DNA from: Promethearchaeota archaeon
Lineage (GTDB): Archaea > Asgardarchaeota > Lokiarchaeia > Sigyniarchaeales > SOKP01
DNA length: 64,000 bases
Direction: 5' to 3'
NCBI GenBank assembly: GCA_048940445.1
Contig: JBHLON010000003.1
Location: forward strand, 77,978 to 141,977
A program made the translations under genes and the position numbers. Below the pieces are notes generated by a model that was not told the DNA's origin, did not search any database, and saw only the letters and a list, made by a program, of their open reading frames with translations. Shown piece by piece: positions 9,983 to 20,679 of the stretch (its first letter is position 1; every line of letters starts with the position of its first letter).

Positions 9983-10181
9983 TCACAATTGAGTAGTTAA
10001 TTCAAGAATCAAATAGCTTAGATTATATGATATTCTAATAAAAACCAATTTCTATAAAAATTTTATGATATATTTGATTCGTCAACTAACCATGGTGGAA
10101 AGATAACTTCAGAAACAAATTTAGGTTTTAATTTCTATGTATAAGATAAAACCTTATTTTCTTAAAAAATACTCTTAGTGA

Positions 10182-10211
10182 AATTCTCATTGAAATCAGA
10201 TGCTGAATTTA
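10182..10211 (+). repeat. 30-bp direct repeat, copy B
   Basis: AATTCTCATTGAAATCAGATGCTGAATTTA with core palindrome TCAG-ATG-CTGA. Confidence 0.8.
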
Positions 10212-10341
10212 CACTTCATGAACCTTTTTATCATTCCAAATCCAAAATTATAAACAATAGCAATTAATGGACTCCCACTCTTTAATCAATCATCTTTGAA
10301 ATATATATATTAAATATCTAAAATTAAAATTCGAAAATAAA

Positions 10342-11085
10342 ATGTCAAAAATAGATATTAGAAAAGATCTCCATGATTTTGGGAAATATATTCAAGTTGC
10401 TGCAATTTTAACGATTGTGAGCATTTTCGCTGGAATAACTGGTTTTATTGCAATTATTTTTGTTTTTATTGCGATAAGAAGTCTTAAGAGAGTAAATTAT
10501 TCCTTAAATAACTTATCATTACATGAATTTCGCTCAAAATACATCAAAGGTTATATCTCAAGAATATGTGGTATGGTTGTCTTTATTATCGGAGGAGTTA
10601 ATCTTGCTTTATTTTTCTTTAGCTCAACCTCAATTCCAATCTATATCTCACTCTCTATCCCTATAATTCTTATGATCTCCGGTATAATATTTATATACGT
10701 AGGCGTGGCAGCCGAAATGAAAGCGTGGAAAAACTTAAAAATGTTTTTTGAGAATAATTTTAAGTTGTTTCCAGCTTATATGTCTGAAGAGGCAATTAAG
10801 GGGTGCGATAAACTAAAAACGGGTACACTCTTAAGCTCCTTAGGATTTTTAATTGTTCCGGCAATCATCGGCTTTATCTATCATATCAAAGGATATTTCA
10901 TGCTCGCAACACTAAAAAAGTTGCCAATTTATGACACTCCAGAATCTTCGGAGCTGCAAACTCCTGTACCTGAATCACAATCCATAAAAAGCTATGAACT
11001 AAGAATAAATTTTTGCCCAAATTGTGGGGCTAAATTATCTGGAATAGGGAATTTTTGTGCCCAGTGCGGTTCAGAAATCAGCTAA
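10342..11085 (+). CDS. membrane protein with C-terminal zinc ribbon (DUF973/DUF996-like)
   Basis: several TM helices; FCPNCG...FCAQCG. Confidence 0.8.
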   Translation: MSKIDIRKDLHDFGKYIQVAAILTIVSIFAGITGFIAIIFVFIAIRSLKRVNYSLNNLSLHEFRSKYIKGYISRICGMVVFIIGGVNLALFFFSSTSIPIYISLSIPIILMISGIIFIYVGVAAEMKAWKNLKMFFENNFKLFPAYMSEEAIKGCDKLKTGTLLSSLGFLIVPAIIGFIYHIKGYFMLATLKKLPIYDTPESSELQTPVPESQSIKSYELRINFCPNCGAKLSGIGNFCAQCGSEIS

Positions 11086-11180
11086 AATTTATTTAAAATA
11101 CTTTCTTTTTTTTTAAATCTCTAAAATTTAAATTCAAACTTTTCTTTTCTGAATTACACTTATTTGATCATTAATGTAAT

Positions 11181-11975
11181 ATGTCAACGATTTATTTTAC
11201 CAAAAATCCGGATAGAAAAAGATTTGTCGCGTCGCTAATACCAAGATTTATAAAACATATTGACGGGAGAGTTCTTATAAAAGTAAATCTAGTCTCATAT
11301 AACGCGTATCCAACAACAACTCATCCTGAAATGATAGAAGCTGTGTATGAGCAAATTAAATCAAGCTCCTCTGAAATAATATGTGGGGATGGTCAAAGCA
11401 TAGATTTATCAGCCAAGAAGATAGAAAATCATCCAATTATTGAAAAATGTGAAGAGTTAGGTATTCCTTTTGTAAACTTTTATGATCATTCTTTTAAAAA
11501 AGTAAAAAGCACGAGAGGATTTTCTTTAAAAGTATCGGAAATTCCATTTCAGCAAGACTTTATAATCTCTCTTCCGATTTTAAAGGATCATTTTATTGTA
11601 AAACTAACTAATGCTTTAAAGGATAAGTTTGGATATCTACCAAAAACCGAACGATTAAAAATGCATACAAAGCTTAAAGATATTCACAAAGGAATCGCTG
11701 AATTAAACACTATATTTAAATCCCATTTAATTATTTGCGATGCCTTAAAAGTAATGGTAAAGGCTCAGGAATTTAGGCATGGTGGAGAAGAAAAAGATTT
11801 AGGGTATCTCTTTGCAGGAACAGATCCTATTGCTTTAGATTTTTATGGTTTTAAGATATTGCAACCAATTTCAATTAAATTAAAAGATATAGATAATCCA
11901 TTGGAAATAAAATATATTAAATATGCTTTAGATTATGGAGTTGGATCCACGGATTATAATATGGAAGAACTTTAG
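11181..11975 (+). CDS. DUF362 family protein
   Basis: VLIKVNL, TTTHPE, ISLPILKDH, TDPIALD. Confidence 0.85.
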   Translation: MSTIYFTKNPDRKRFVASLIPRFIKHIDGRVLIKVNLVSYNAYPTTTHPEMIEAVYEQIKSSSSEIICGDGQSIDLSAKKIENHPIIEKCEELGIPFVNFYDHSFKKVKSTRGFSLKVSEIPFQQDFIISLPILKDHFIVKLTNALKDKFGYLPKTERLKMHTKLKDIHKGIAELNTIFKSHLIICDALKVMVKAQEFRHGGEEKDLGYLFAGTDPIALDFYGFKILQPISIKLKDIDNPLEIKYIKYALDYGVGSTDYNMEEL

Positions 11976-12276
11976 ATGTAAATCTCTACAATACTTGTAT
12001 CTAAAATAAATTAGAGATAATATTATTAAATTGTTAAAGATAAGATCACAGTTCTTAAAGAGTTAAAAGAAATTGTCAATAGAAGAGCATAATTCTTCAT
12101 TAAAAAATTTTAAAAAGTATTTAGCTTTATTCATTTAATTTATTATAAATAAAAACAAGTAATCTTTAATTTTTTTAAATAAAAATATTAAAATTTAATT
12201 TTGAATTTCTGATTTTAAAGTTCTTATTCTCTACTAAATATTTACATAATCAAATATCTTCAAAGAAAATTATATT

Positions 12277-13233
12277 ATGGATTTTTTCACTCATTTAGTT
12301 TTTGGAGCCCTAATATACATCCTTTTCTTAAAGGATTTTGGTTTTAGTTATATCTTTCTAGCGGTTCTATTTTCGGTATTACCAGACTTAGATATTTTCA
12401 TCATACCATTAAAAAGGATAATTAAGTCAAATTATCTGGAACATCGTGGAGGTTCTCACTCCTATATCATAGGTATAATGATTTCCGGTATTGGTGGCAT
12501 TTTATATTCTTTAATAACACAACAATCATTCATTAACGCCTGGTTTATAAGCATGGCTTTTTACAGTTTACATGTGTCTATGGACCTTCTCACGACTACA
12601 AAAATTCCTTACTTATATCCACTATCTAAACAAGAAAAAAGCTTTTATGTTGAAAAAGCTGGGAGCTTATTCACTATGATAATTTCAGTATCTTTCCTGG
12701 TTTTATTAGGCTTTTTATATAATTTCTCAGCCGATCTATCTCTGCTTAATTTATTCATTAACGTTTATACTTCCTTCTTCTTCTTATATTACTTGTATCG
12801 AATTATATCTAAGGTTTGGATATCTTCAAATCTTGAAAACAATCAGAAATACTTTCCTGGAATTTTACCTTTTTATTATACTATCTATAATCATGACATT
12901 ATAGGCAATCAATTTTCTTTGGGCATAGAAAAGAGATCTCATTTTTCAAACACGAAAGGAATTGAAATTTTCAATAATGTTTTAGATGCCAAGGAATTTT
13001 CTCTCTTTAAAAAGGGAACAAAGTTATGTAAGGCAGATTACTATTATGCAAAATGGACTTTATTTCCAACATTTACCAGGAATCAGGATACCTTCTCAAT
13101 TAGATATTTCTTTTTAGAAACAATGATGAGAAGCAGGACTATGTATATTCAATTTATTTTTAGAAAGTCTACACAAGAGTTAATTAGTTTTAATCGAGGA
13201 TCTGGACGTATCCAACAAAGCATAATTAATTGA
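12277..13233 (+). CDS. membrane-bound metal-dependent hydrolase (YdjM/YbcI family)
   Basis: MDFFTH, LPDLD, HRGGSHS, H...D motifs; TM helices. Confidence 0.88.
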   Translation: MDFFTHLVFGALIYILFLKDFGFSYIFLAVLFSVLPDLDIFIIPLKRIIKSNYLEHRGGSHSYIIGIMISGIGGILYSLITQQSFINAWFISMAFYSLHVSMDLLTTTKIPYLYPLSKQEKSFYVEKAGSLFTMIISVSFLVLLGFLYNFSADLSLLNLFINVYTSFFFLYYLYRIISKVWISSNLENNQKYFPGILPFYYTIYNHDIIGNQFSLGIEKRSHFSNTKGIEIFNNVLDAKEFSLFKKGTKLCKADYYYAKWTLFPTFTRNQDTFSIRYFFLETMMRSRTMYIQFIFRKSTQELISFNRGSGRIQQSIIN

Positions 13234-13268
13234 ATGGGATAATAGATGTATATCATTAATCAAATCTT

Positions 13269-13685
13269 ATGAAGAAAATATATAAATACAATATTATAAT
13301 TTTTGAATATATCATAAAATTTGATCAAAAAGGAGCGAAATTTAATTATGAATTTTTAAATTTCAATAACAAAAGGGCAAAGGGTGTTCTATTACTAACA
13401 TTACTCCTTCTAGTAAACTTTTATACATTCGTGTTTGTACTAGATGAACTTAATCCTAATAAATCTAAATTAATTAATGAAACAAATGAACTGAATGACC
13501 TTGAAGATAATTTAAAGAGCAATGGTGTATCTTCTTTATTTGACGGTATGTATATTCAACATAATTTTACTGAATATCCCTCAATTTCGGATTCTAATAT
13601 TACTTATAGCGAGATATCAGCAGACATTTTTAATGTTTCATGGTCATTTAATGGTATATATAACATTAAGACATCTAATCAATAA
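13269..13685 (+). pseudogene. probable truncated N-terminal fragment of a secreted/surface protein
   Basis: signal/TM segment, Asn-rich linker ending LKSNG, then a short beta region that stops abruptly. Confidence 0.4.
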
Positions 13686-13716
13686 TAAATGCATTTAAAT
13701 ACTTACAAGTATAAGA

Positions 13717-14313
13717 TTGTTCAAAAAAAGGAGTACTAATAAAATGTTGAAAAAAAAACTAAGAAAGCCAAGAACGTTATTATATCCAATGCCGGCAGTT
13801 ATTGTAGGATCAATTGTTGATGAAAAACCAAATTATTGCACTATTGCATTCTGTGGAGTAGTAAATCTTTCTCCCCCAATGATTTCAATTGAATGTGGTC
13901 CCGGCCATTATACAACAAAAGGCATTCTAAATAATATGGAGTTTAGTGTGAACATTCCTTCATTAGAAATGGTAGAAATTACAGACTTCCTTGGTATGAA
14001 ATCAGGAGTAGAAATTGACAAATCACAACTTTTTGAAACATTTTTTGGAGAATTAAAAAAAGCACCTTTAATAAGTGAAGCACCAGTTAATCATGCTTGT
14101 AAAGTAGTAAAGATTGTAGAACTTGCAGAAAGAAAGGATTTATACATTGGTCAGATAATTAATACTTATATTAATAAAGATTGTCTAACTAACGAGGTTC
14201 CAGATGTTAAAAAAATCAATCCAATAATCTATTCACCATCTAATAGAACCTATTGGAATATAGGTCAAGAAGTTGGAAAAGCATGGAAAATTGGAAGGAA
14301 ATATAAAAAGTAA
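13717..14313 (+). CDS. flavin reductase (flavoredoxin-like) family protein
   Basis: LYPMPAVIVGS, HYT..GI, FSVNIPS, APLI.EAPVN..C. Confidence 0.9.
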   Translation: MFKKRSTNKMLKKKLRKPRTLLYPMPAVIVGSIVDEKPNYCTIAFCGVVNLSPPMISIECGPGHYTTKGILNNMEFSVNIPSLEMVEITDFLGMKSGVEIDKSQLFETFFGELKKAPLISEAPVNHACKVVKIVELAERKDLYIGQIINTYINKDCLTNEVPDVKKINPIIYSPSNRTYWNIGQEVGKAWKIGRKYKK

Positions 14314-14342
14314 ATAAAAATAAAAGAAAAATGTTAAAAAAC

Positions 14343-15860
14343 TTATAATTGTGGACTATTATTAAAACACCATAAATCCTTGATTCCTAGATTATCTCGT
14401 ATCAAAGGAGTTTGAATTTGGTTTATATTTTTTAAAAATCCAGAGGGCATGAAATTTATTGCATAGTTAAATGCGGCTCCTATTGTCTGATTTTGGTTTA
14501 ATTGATCCCAAAACTGATGAAAAAACCATGAACCAGCAAATCCATCAGGATTATTGTTATCTCGCCAGTACCATGAAAGAATATCAGTTGTAGATGTGAT
14601 TAATATAGAATTAGGAATATTGTACCAGCTTAATCCAATGTTTGAGTTTTGGTTCAAAAAGTTCCCACTAAAACAAATATCAATATTTATCAAAATCCTT
14701 TCGCAATTTATTTGTCTAATTAGACTAAAAAATTCCAACTCAGTAATATAACTATCATCTGCTTCAAAATGAAACGTAGCATTACCATCTCCTAGAATTT
14801 TATTTGAACCGTGATCTACCAAATAAATAATTAATTGATCATTTGATTGAATCCTAGAGGCAAAAGAACCTGTGATTGACACATTTAACTCCTGTTTGAA
14901 CCTGCTAGCATTTACATCATCATTTTCGACATCTACATCAGCAAGAGTCCCTGATCTATTTAGATCGTTAGGAAATCCATCAAATGCGTCAATATCGATT
15001 ATGTTATCTCCAGTATGATATAACATTAAAAAAATATTGTCATCTGTATATCCATGAGTTTTTAAAGTCCAGTAAACTTGAAGAGCTTGGGCAGGAAATC
15101 CATCTGAGTCTATATTACTCAAGGGTGGATTTGGGATAGGTGGTGGAAACCAATACTCTACTTTAACATCATCAAAAAGTACCATATCATTACCATTCAT
15201 ATAACCCTCAACTGCTAAAACTAAATTTAATTGTGTGATTTCATTTAGAGTCGAATTATCGGCAATCCCAGTTACATTCAAAAACATCCATCCCCAGAAA
15301 CCTCCATATAATCCTTTCGACCAATCCTCTCTTACTATACCATTGCTTGAATTCAACCACCGAAGTCCTATTCTTACCCCTGATCCAGGAGGTGTTATAA
15401 TAGCAGGTGTAACTGGTGGAAAGTTTGTATTGGTTGTAATATTAACCCAGGCAGTAAGTCTGTATGCAGCAAATTTAAGTAACTCAAAATAATTTGTCCA
15501 ATTGTATACAAATTCAGTATTAACATATTTAGGTTGGGGAGGAGATGTTAATGCATATAGAAATATAAATCCAGGAGTATTATGACCAGGGAGTGAGGTA
15601 TCAACTCCTCCAGATGCATTACTAAAATCTGGTATCCACATAGGTTCCCCTTCAATATCAAATTTTGAGTCCTTTCCATTATTAAAGTCAGGTTCCCCAT
15701 CTTTTCTGTAATAATCATTTGCACTACTAAGAATGAGTGCTTTTCTTAAACCATAAGTTGATGGCTGATTTAATGGTAAAATGATAATAACTAAAGCAAT
15801 AATTAATATTCCAACGAAAAGGATTATTATAAAAGGGACGTTCTTCTTTATATTCATCAT
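14343..15860 (-). CDS. membrane-anchored clan CD cysteine peptidase (C13/legumain-like) with an inserted beta-sandwich domain
   Basis: N-terminal TM, RKALILS strand, GYTDDNIFLM, catalytic dyad YLVDHG ... IDICFSG. Confidence 0.8.
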   Translation of the reverse strand: MMNIKKNVPFIIILFVGILIIALVIIILPLNQPSTYGLRKALILSSANDYYRKDGEPDFNNGKDSKFDIEGEPMWIPDFSNASGGVDTSLPGHNTPGFIFLYALTSPPQPKYVNTEFVYNWTNYFELLKFAAYRLTAWVNITTNTNFPPVTPAIITPPGSGVRIGLRWLNSSNGIVREDWSKGLYGGFWGWMFLNVTGIADNSTLNEITQLNLVLAVEGYMNGNDMVLFDDVKVEYWFPPPIPNPPLSNIDSDGFPAQALQVYWTLKTHGYTDDNIFLMLYHTGDNIIDIDAFDGFPNDLNRSGTLADVDVENDDVNASRFKQELNVSITGSFASRIQSNDQLIIYLVDHGSNKILGDGNATFHFEADDSYITELEFFSLIRQINCERILINIDICFSGNFLNQNSNIGLSWYNIPNSILITSTTDILSWYWRDNNNPDGFAGSWFFHQFWDQLNQNQTIGAAFNYAINFMPSGFLKNINQIQTPLIRDNLGIKDLWCFNNSPQL

Positions 15861-15926
15861 TTCTCAATAAATCATTTAAATTTTATTTGAAATATTTTTA
15901 ATCCAAAACTATTTTTTCAAAAAACT

Positions 15927-16184
15927 TTAAATTTTTATTTTAAAGATGCTAATTCTTTTGTCAAATGGATCTTTAAATTTTTGAATAAAGTCATATTCTT
16001 GCAACTTTTTTAGTGCGTATGCGACTGTACGTTTAGGAAGAAGACTCTTCTTTAATATTTGCATTTGATTTAAGGACCCTCGTTCTTTTAATATATACAA
16101 TATAAATTTACTTGATGGTGATAAAGAATATAGATTAATTTTCTCTTCATAACTAGAAACTGAATATTTATCTTCTACAATCAT
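15927..16184 (-). CDS. small winged-helix (MarR-like) regulator
   Basis: LSPSSKFILYIL...LLPKRTVAYALKKL...DKR. Confidence 0.85.
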   Translation of the reverse strand: MIVEDKYSVSSYEEKINLYSLSPSSKFILYILKERGSLNQMQILKKSLLPKRTVAYALKKLQEYDFIQKFKDPFDKRISIFKIKI

Positions 16185-16515
16185 TTATTTTATCTTTCCA
16201 GAGACTAATTATTTGAATATAATTCTTCAATTTAATATACTCTTTTTTCTTTAATAAGTATTTTGAATAATAATATACTTAAACGATTCCTTTAATCCTA
16301 ATTTCGATTTGAAACTAAAACTAAAATAATGTTTAAATCTGAAACCCTCAATAGAAATTCAAGAGATGAACTTACATTATTGGAAGTTGAAATATATGTA
16401 AAAATGGCACTTAATTTTTTATAAAAAAAAAGATTTGTTAATTAGCGGATGTTCATCTCATATAACACTTCTTTGATCTATATAAAAATTTTAGAAAAGT
16501 GAGCAAGCACTCAGG

Positions 16516-17064
16516 ATGAATAATAATCAGATAAAATTAGATAAAATTGATTTGAAGCTGATCTCAGTTTTACAAAAAGATCCCAGTTTAACTCATTACC
16601 AAATTGCCGAAATTATTAATCGGAGTCAACCGACTGTAGGAACTAGGGTAAGAAAACTTAAAGAAAAAGGAATTTTACAATTTCAAGCAGGGATAAATTT
16701 CAAAAAAATTGGAATTCAATTAGCAATTGTAAATTTAAATACAAAAAATCCAGAGGAAATAGTAGACATGGTAAATGATTGCCCTTTTATGCTAAATGCG
16801 TTTAGGCTAAGTGGAACGTTTAATATGTCTGTTTTAATCGCAAATACAAATCTAAGAAAGTTAAATAACGTGGTCGATCAACACTTTAGAAATAATTCCA
16901 ATGTTCAAAAAATTGTGATAGAATTCATAACAGATACTGTAAAAAATTTTATTCTTCCAATTGACATTGATTCTGAACTTATTTTACCAAATTTAGAAGA
17001 TGGTTGTAGCTCTAATTGCAGATATTGTGAATATAATAGAATAATGAGGTTCAAAAAATCTTAA
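16516..17064 (+). CDS. Lrp/AsnC family regulator with a Cys-rich tail
   Basis: LDKIDLKLI, HTH SQPTVGTRVRKL, RAM domain, tail CSSNCRYC. Confidence 0.9.
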   Translation: MNNNQIKLDKIDLKLISVLQKDPSLTHYQIAEIINRSQPTVGTRVRKLKEKGILQFQAGINFKKIGIQLAIVNLNTKNPEEIVDMVNDCPFMLNAFRLSGTFNMSVLIANTNLRKLNNVVDQHFRNNSNVQKIVIEFITDTVKNFILPIDIDSELILPNLEDGCSSNCRYCEYNRIMRFKKS

Positions 17065-17088
17065 ATAATTGAATCTTCAACTAAAAAA

Positions 17089-18108
17089 TCATAAAATCAA
17101 AGATTTAATTTTATCGTCTTCAATTTTTTTACATGTAATTATATTATCCAATTTTTTAGAGTCAAATCCATAAATTATTGATCCACAGCTTTCTTTCAAG
17201 TCTGAATACCTAAGTGTGACTCCAGCAGCAAAATTAATCGTATCATTATCATATTTTCCTTGAATAATAGTTGTAGGTCCTGGTACTTCTTTAGCTTCCA
17301 TCATTAAATCTTTTGAATTTTTAATTTGAGTTAGCATATTATTTTCGAATTCATTCCTACCTATAATTATTTTAGAATTTTTATACCTAATATGTCTTCC
17401 GTATTTAAGAAAATTAATCTCGGGCATTGCTAAATCTTCATTAAAAGTAATATAGTCTCTCATTCTTCTAGAAAATTGTTTATCGGTTAATAAGCAACCA
17501 CCACATGCAAAATATTTATTCAGAAGGCCATATTTTCTTGCTAGTTCGAGTTGTATTTTTCTACTCCTACCCTTTATTCCCATCAATTTAGATCTATCAA
17601 TTAATCCACTTTTTTCTACATTAGTAGGTGGTAATAATAAAGCGGACAATGGTCTTAATAACTGACCTGTAAGACCAGATTCATTTTCTACTATTTTTAA
17701 AGCCTTTAAATTTTGAGATTTAGGTCTCTGATCTAAAACTTCTCCAGTAAATACAAAATCTGCTCCCAATTTTTTCATAATTTTCATTGCTTTTTTGAGG
17801 ATGTAAATCCTACAATCAATACAAGGATTTAAGTTTTTCCCGTATCCAAATTTTGGATGGCGTATGATCTCTAAATAGTCATCTCCTTTTTGAGCAAATA
17901 AAACGGAAATTCCTAACTTTTCATAATAGAGATTTAACCCACATTCTGAACTTTTTAATGCTTTATCGCAGATACAAAATGGAGATTTAAAATTAAGTCC
18001 GATAACTTCTATACGTTGTAACTTTATTAATAGCGAAGAAATTAGACTGTCCAATCCTCCTGAGACTAATCCTATTCCGACAATACTTGCATTTTTTTTA
18101 TTTTTCAC
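17089..18108 (-). CDS. PP-loop tRNA sulfurtransferase (ThiI/MnmA-like, DUF814-associated type)
   Basis: SGGLDS, NPCIDCR, TGEVLDQRPKSQ, GGCLLTD, GRH. Confidence 0.85.
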   Translation of the reverse strand: MKNKKNASIVGIGLVSGGLDSLISSLLIKLQRIEVIGLNFKSPFCICDKALKSSECGLNLYYEKLGISVLFAQKGDDYLEIIRHPKFGYGKNLNPCIDCRIYILKKAMKIMKKLGADFVFTGEVLDQRPKSQNLKALKIVENESGLTGQLLRPLSALLLPPTNVEKSGLIDRSKLMGIKGRSRKIQLELARKYGLLNKYFACGGCLLTDKQFSRRMRDYITFNEDLAMPEINFLKYGRHIRYKNSKIIIGRNEFENNMLTQIKNSKDLMMEAKEVPGPTTIIQGKYDNDTINFAAGVTLRYSDLKESCGSIIYGFDSKKLDNIITCKKIEDDKIKSLIL

Positions 18109-18503
18109 GCTATAGCACCATAATTTATTTAGGTTAAAAATGTGGGAATTTTTCTTCTTTATTCTTTTAATTAATCTATTTATTATTCAAATAATCTAAC
18201 CATATTATATTAAGTAATCGGTGATTTAAGAACATCATTTTTAAAAAAGGATGCAAAAATTGCATTTAATTATATATATAAAAAATTGTAATTCTAATTA
18301 AAAGAAATTAAATTCAATCCAATATTGGATTTTGTCCTCTATTAAACCTTGGTTTAATCTTCCTATTTGAATTATTTTCTTTAATTGAATTTAACTTCTT
18401 TTTTACTTTTTTCTAGAGATTTTCCTGGGAAAACCTTATGAAAGAAAATTTATGAACCAGCAAAAAATTTTAGAGAATTTAAAATCATTATTAAGATAAA
18501 TTA

Positions 18504-19046
18504 TCAATCAGAATTTCGAATTTTATTAATATTGGAGCGTCTTGAAATAATCAAGGAGATTAGACTCTTTAAAATAGTAGAAAAAACTGCCAAACAACCA
18601 CCAATTAATGGTAATATTCCACCAGAAAGAGTCCAATAATTCCAGAATGATGAGTCCATTAAATTCATTTCGATATAAAAGAATAATACTCCAGAAATCA
18701 TTAATAGACCACTAACTAGCCAAAAAATGGAAGAAATCCATACTTTTGACCAAGTTTTAACTTTTCTTAGTAATAATGGTAAAGAATTTATCAATAAGAA
18801 AATACAAGCAATTATAATAACTAATAAGGTGGTCATACCAACTCTATACAATACACTATCGGTTCCATAATAATCATACTGGGGGCCTATGGGATAATGA
18901 TCTATCTTAAATCCTAAAAGAAAATAATCACTATTAAAACCAGTTTCAGAATGGTGGACAAAAGGAGAAAATACTGATAAAAAACCTAGAATCACTGATA
19001 TGATATTTAGCAGCCAAATATAATCCTTTATATTTTCTAATTTCAT
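18504..19046 (-). CDS. four-TM membrane protein
   Basis: four hydrophobic helices with a longer first external loop. Confidence 0.75.
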   Translation of the reverse strand: MKLENIKDYIWLLNIISVILGFLSVFSPFVHHSETGFNSDYFLLGFKIDHYPIGPQYDYYGTDSVLYRVGMTTLLVIIIACIFLLINSLPLLLRKVKTWSKVWISSIFWLVSGLLMISGVLFFYIEMNLMDSSFWNYWTLSGGILPLIGGCLAVFSTILKSLISLIISRRSNINKIRNSD

Positions 19047-19211
19047 TTTTCATTATCATTCTCAAATTTCTGAATTAATTATTCTATTAAGAGAGAAGTT
19101 TATATAAAAAATTTTACATAAAGTTTTATAAATAGAAAGTTTATGCCTTGATTTTTTAGATAATTTTTTTTAAATTTTAAATTAAATACTATAAATTGAA
19201 TAATTAATTTT

Positions 19212-20654
19212 CTATAATTTCTTATCTTCTACTTCTATATCCATTTCTATTAACCTTTTTCTAATATAATCGCTGATGTCAAATATCTTTTTTTCTCTCA
19301 GTTTCTCTCGCGTTTTGGTCAAAATATCGATTAAATCTTTTATTTTTTTATCTTTCTCACTAAATTCTTCAATTTGAACATCACTAAGCTTTTGTTCTAT
19401 ATTCGGAAAAATACCTAAGATTTCTTCTATGAAATCAACGAATTCGAAAAACTTTTCTTTGAATTTAGTATTTATTTTTATACTTTCTTCGAATATTTTT
19501 TTATTTATTTCTCTAAATAGAGTGAATAATTCTGCTAATGCGACAGGAGTATCAAAATCATCATCCATTGCAGTGATTATTTTTTTTGATGTTTCATTTA
19601 TTTGGGTTAATAATTGTTGGATTTGTTTAGATGAGTCATCATTAATTTCAACCTGATTGATTCTTTTTATAGTATTAAATAATCTTTCATAATTTTTACT
19701 GGCTTGATTTATATTATCAAGTGAATAATTTATGGAATTTCGATAATGACTAGATACAAGAAATAAGCGAATAACCATGGGATCAAATTCTTTTAGAAGC
19801 TCTGATACCAAGAAATAATTGCCTAAACTTTTCGACATTTTTTCATCATTAATATTAACAAATCCATTATGGAGAAAATAATTGGCAAAAGGTTTTCCAG
19901 TATATGATTCAGATTGGGCAATTTCATTTCGATGATGAGGGAATTTCAAATCCTGACCTCCTCCATGTATATCAATAGTCTCACCTAAGAAATTTAGAAC
20001 CATGGCTGAGCATTCTATATGCCATCCTGGTCTTCCTTTACCCCAAGGACTTTCCCAGAAAGGTTCACCTTCCTTCATTTTTTTCCATAAAGCAAAGTCT
20101 CTAGTATCCAATTTATCTTCTCCGAAAGCTGTATCTTGATCTCCTAAATAATCTTCATTTTCTTCCTCAACATTACTTTCTTTTACATTTTGCAGGATTG
20201 TGTTATATATTGGAAATGTCTTGACTGAAAAATAAACAGATTCATTTCTTTCATAAGCATGACCTTTTTTAATTAACTCTTTAATAAATTCAATTATAAA
20301 TGGAATGACTTCAGTAGCTCGTGGATTTTTTGTTTCCTTCTTAATGTTCAGAGCTTTTGTAACATCTTGATACTCTTTAATATATTTTTTGGCTAACTCC
20401 TGAACATCAGCATTTAATTCATGGGCTCGTTTTATGATTTTGTCGTCTATATCCGTATAGTTCTTAACAATGGTCACATCATACTTTTTATATTTAAAAT
20501 ACCGATGAATTACATCAAATGCAACTGCTGATTTTGCATGACCCAGATGTGGGCTATCATATACAGTCGGTCCACATACATACATTTTAATTTTATTTGG
20601 TTCAAGAGTCTTAAATTCTTCTTTTTCAAATGTCAAACTATTGTATATTCTCAT
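19212..20654 (-). CDS. cysS: cysteine--tRNA ligase (class I)
   Basis: CGPTVY, HLGH, GRPGWHIECS, FPHH.NE, KMSKS; AGGTGA SD. Confidence 0.98.
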   Translation of the reverse strand: MRIYNSLTFEKEEFKTLEPNKIKMYVCGPTVYDSPHLGHAKSAVAFDVIHRYFKYKKYDVTIVKNYTDIDDKIIKRAHELNADVQELAKKYIKEYQDVTKALNIKKETKNPRATEVIPFIIEFIKELIKKGHAYERNESVYFSVKTFPIYNTILQNVKESNVEEENEDYLGDQDTAFGEDKLDTRDFALWKKMKEGEPFWESPWGKGRPGWHIECSAMVLNFLGETIDIHGGGQDLKFPHHRNEIAQSESYTGKPFANYFLHNGFVNINDEKMSKSLGNYFLVSELLKEFDPMVIRLFLVSSHYRNSINYSLDNINQASKNYERLFNTIKRINQVEINDDSSKQIQQLLTQINETSKKIITAMDDDFDTPVALAELFTLFREINKKIFEESIKINTKFKEKFFEFVDFIEEILGIFPNIEQKLSDVQIEEFSEKDKKIKDLIDILTKTREKLREKKIFDISDYIRKRLIEMDIEVEDKKL

Positions 20655-20679
20655 ATTTAATCACCTTAAGAAAAAAGAA

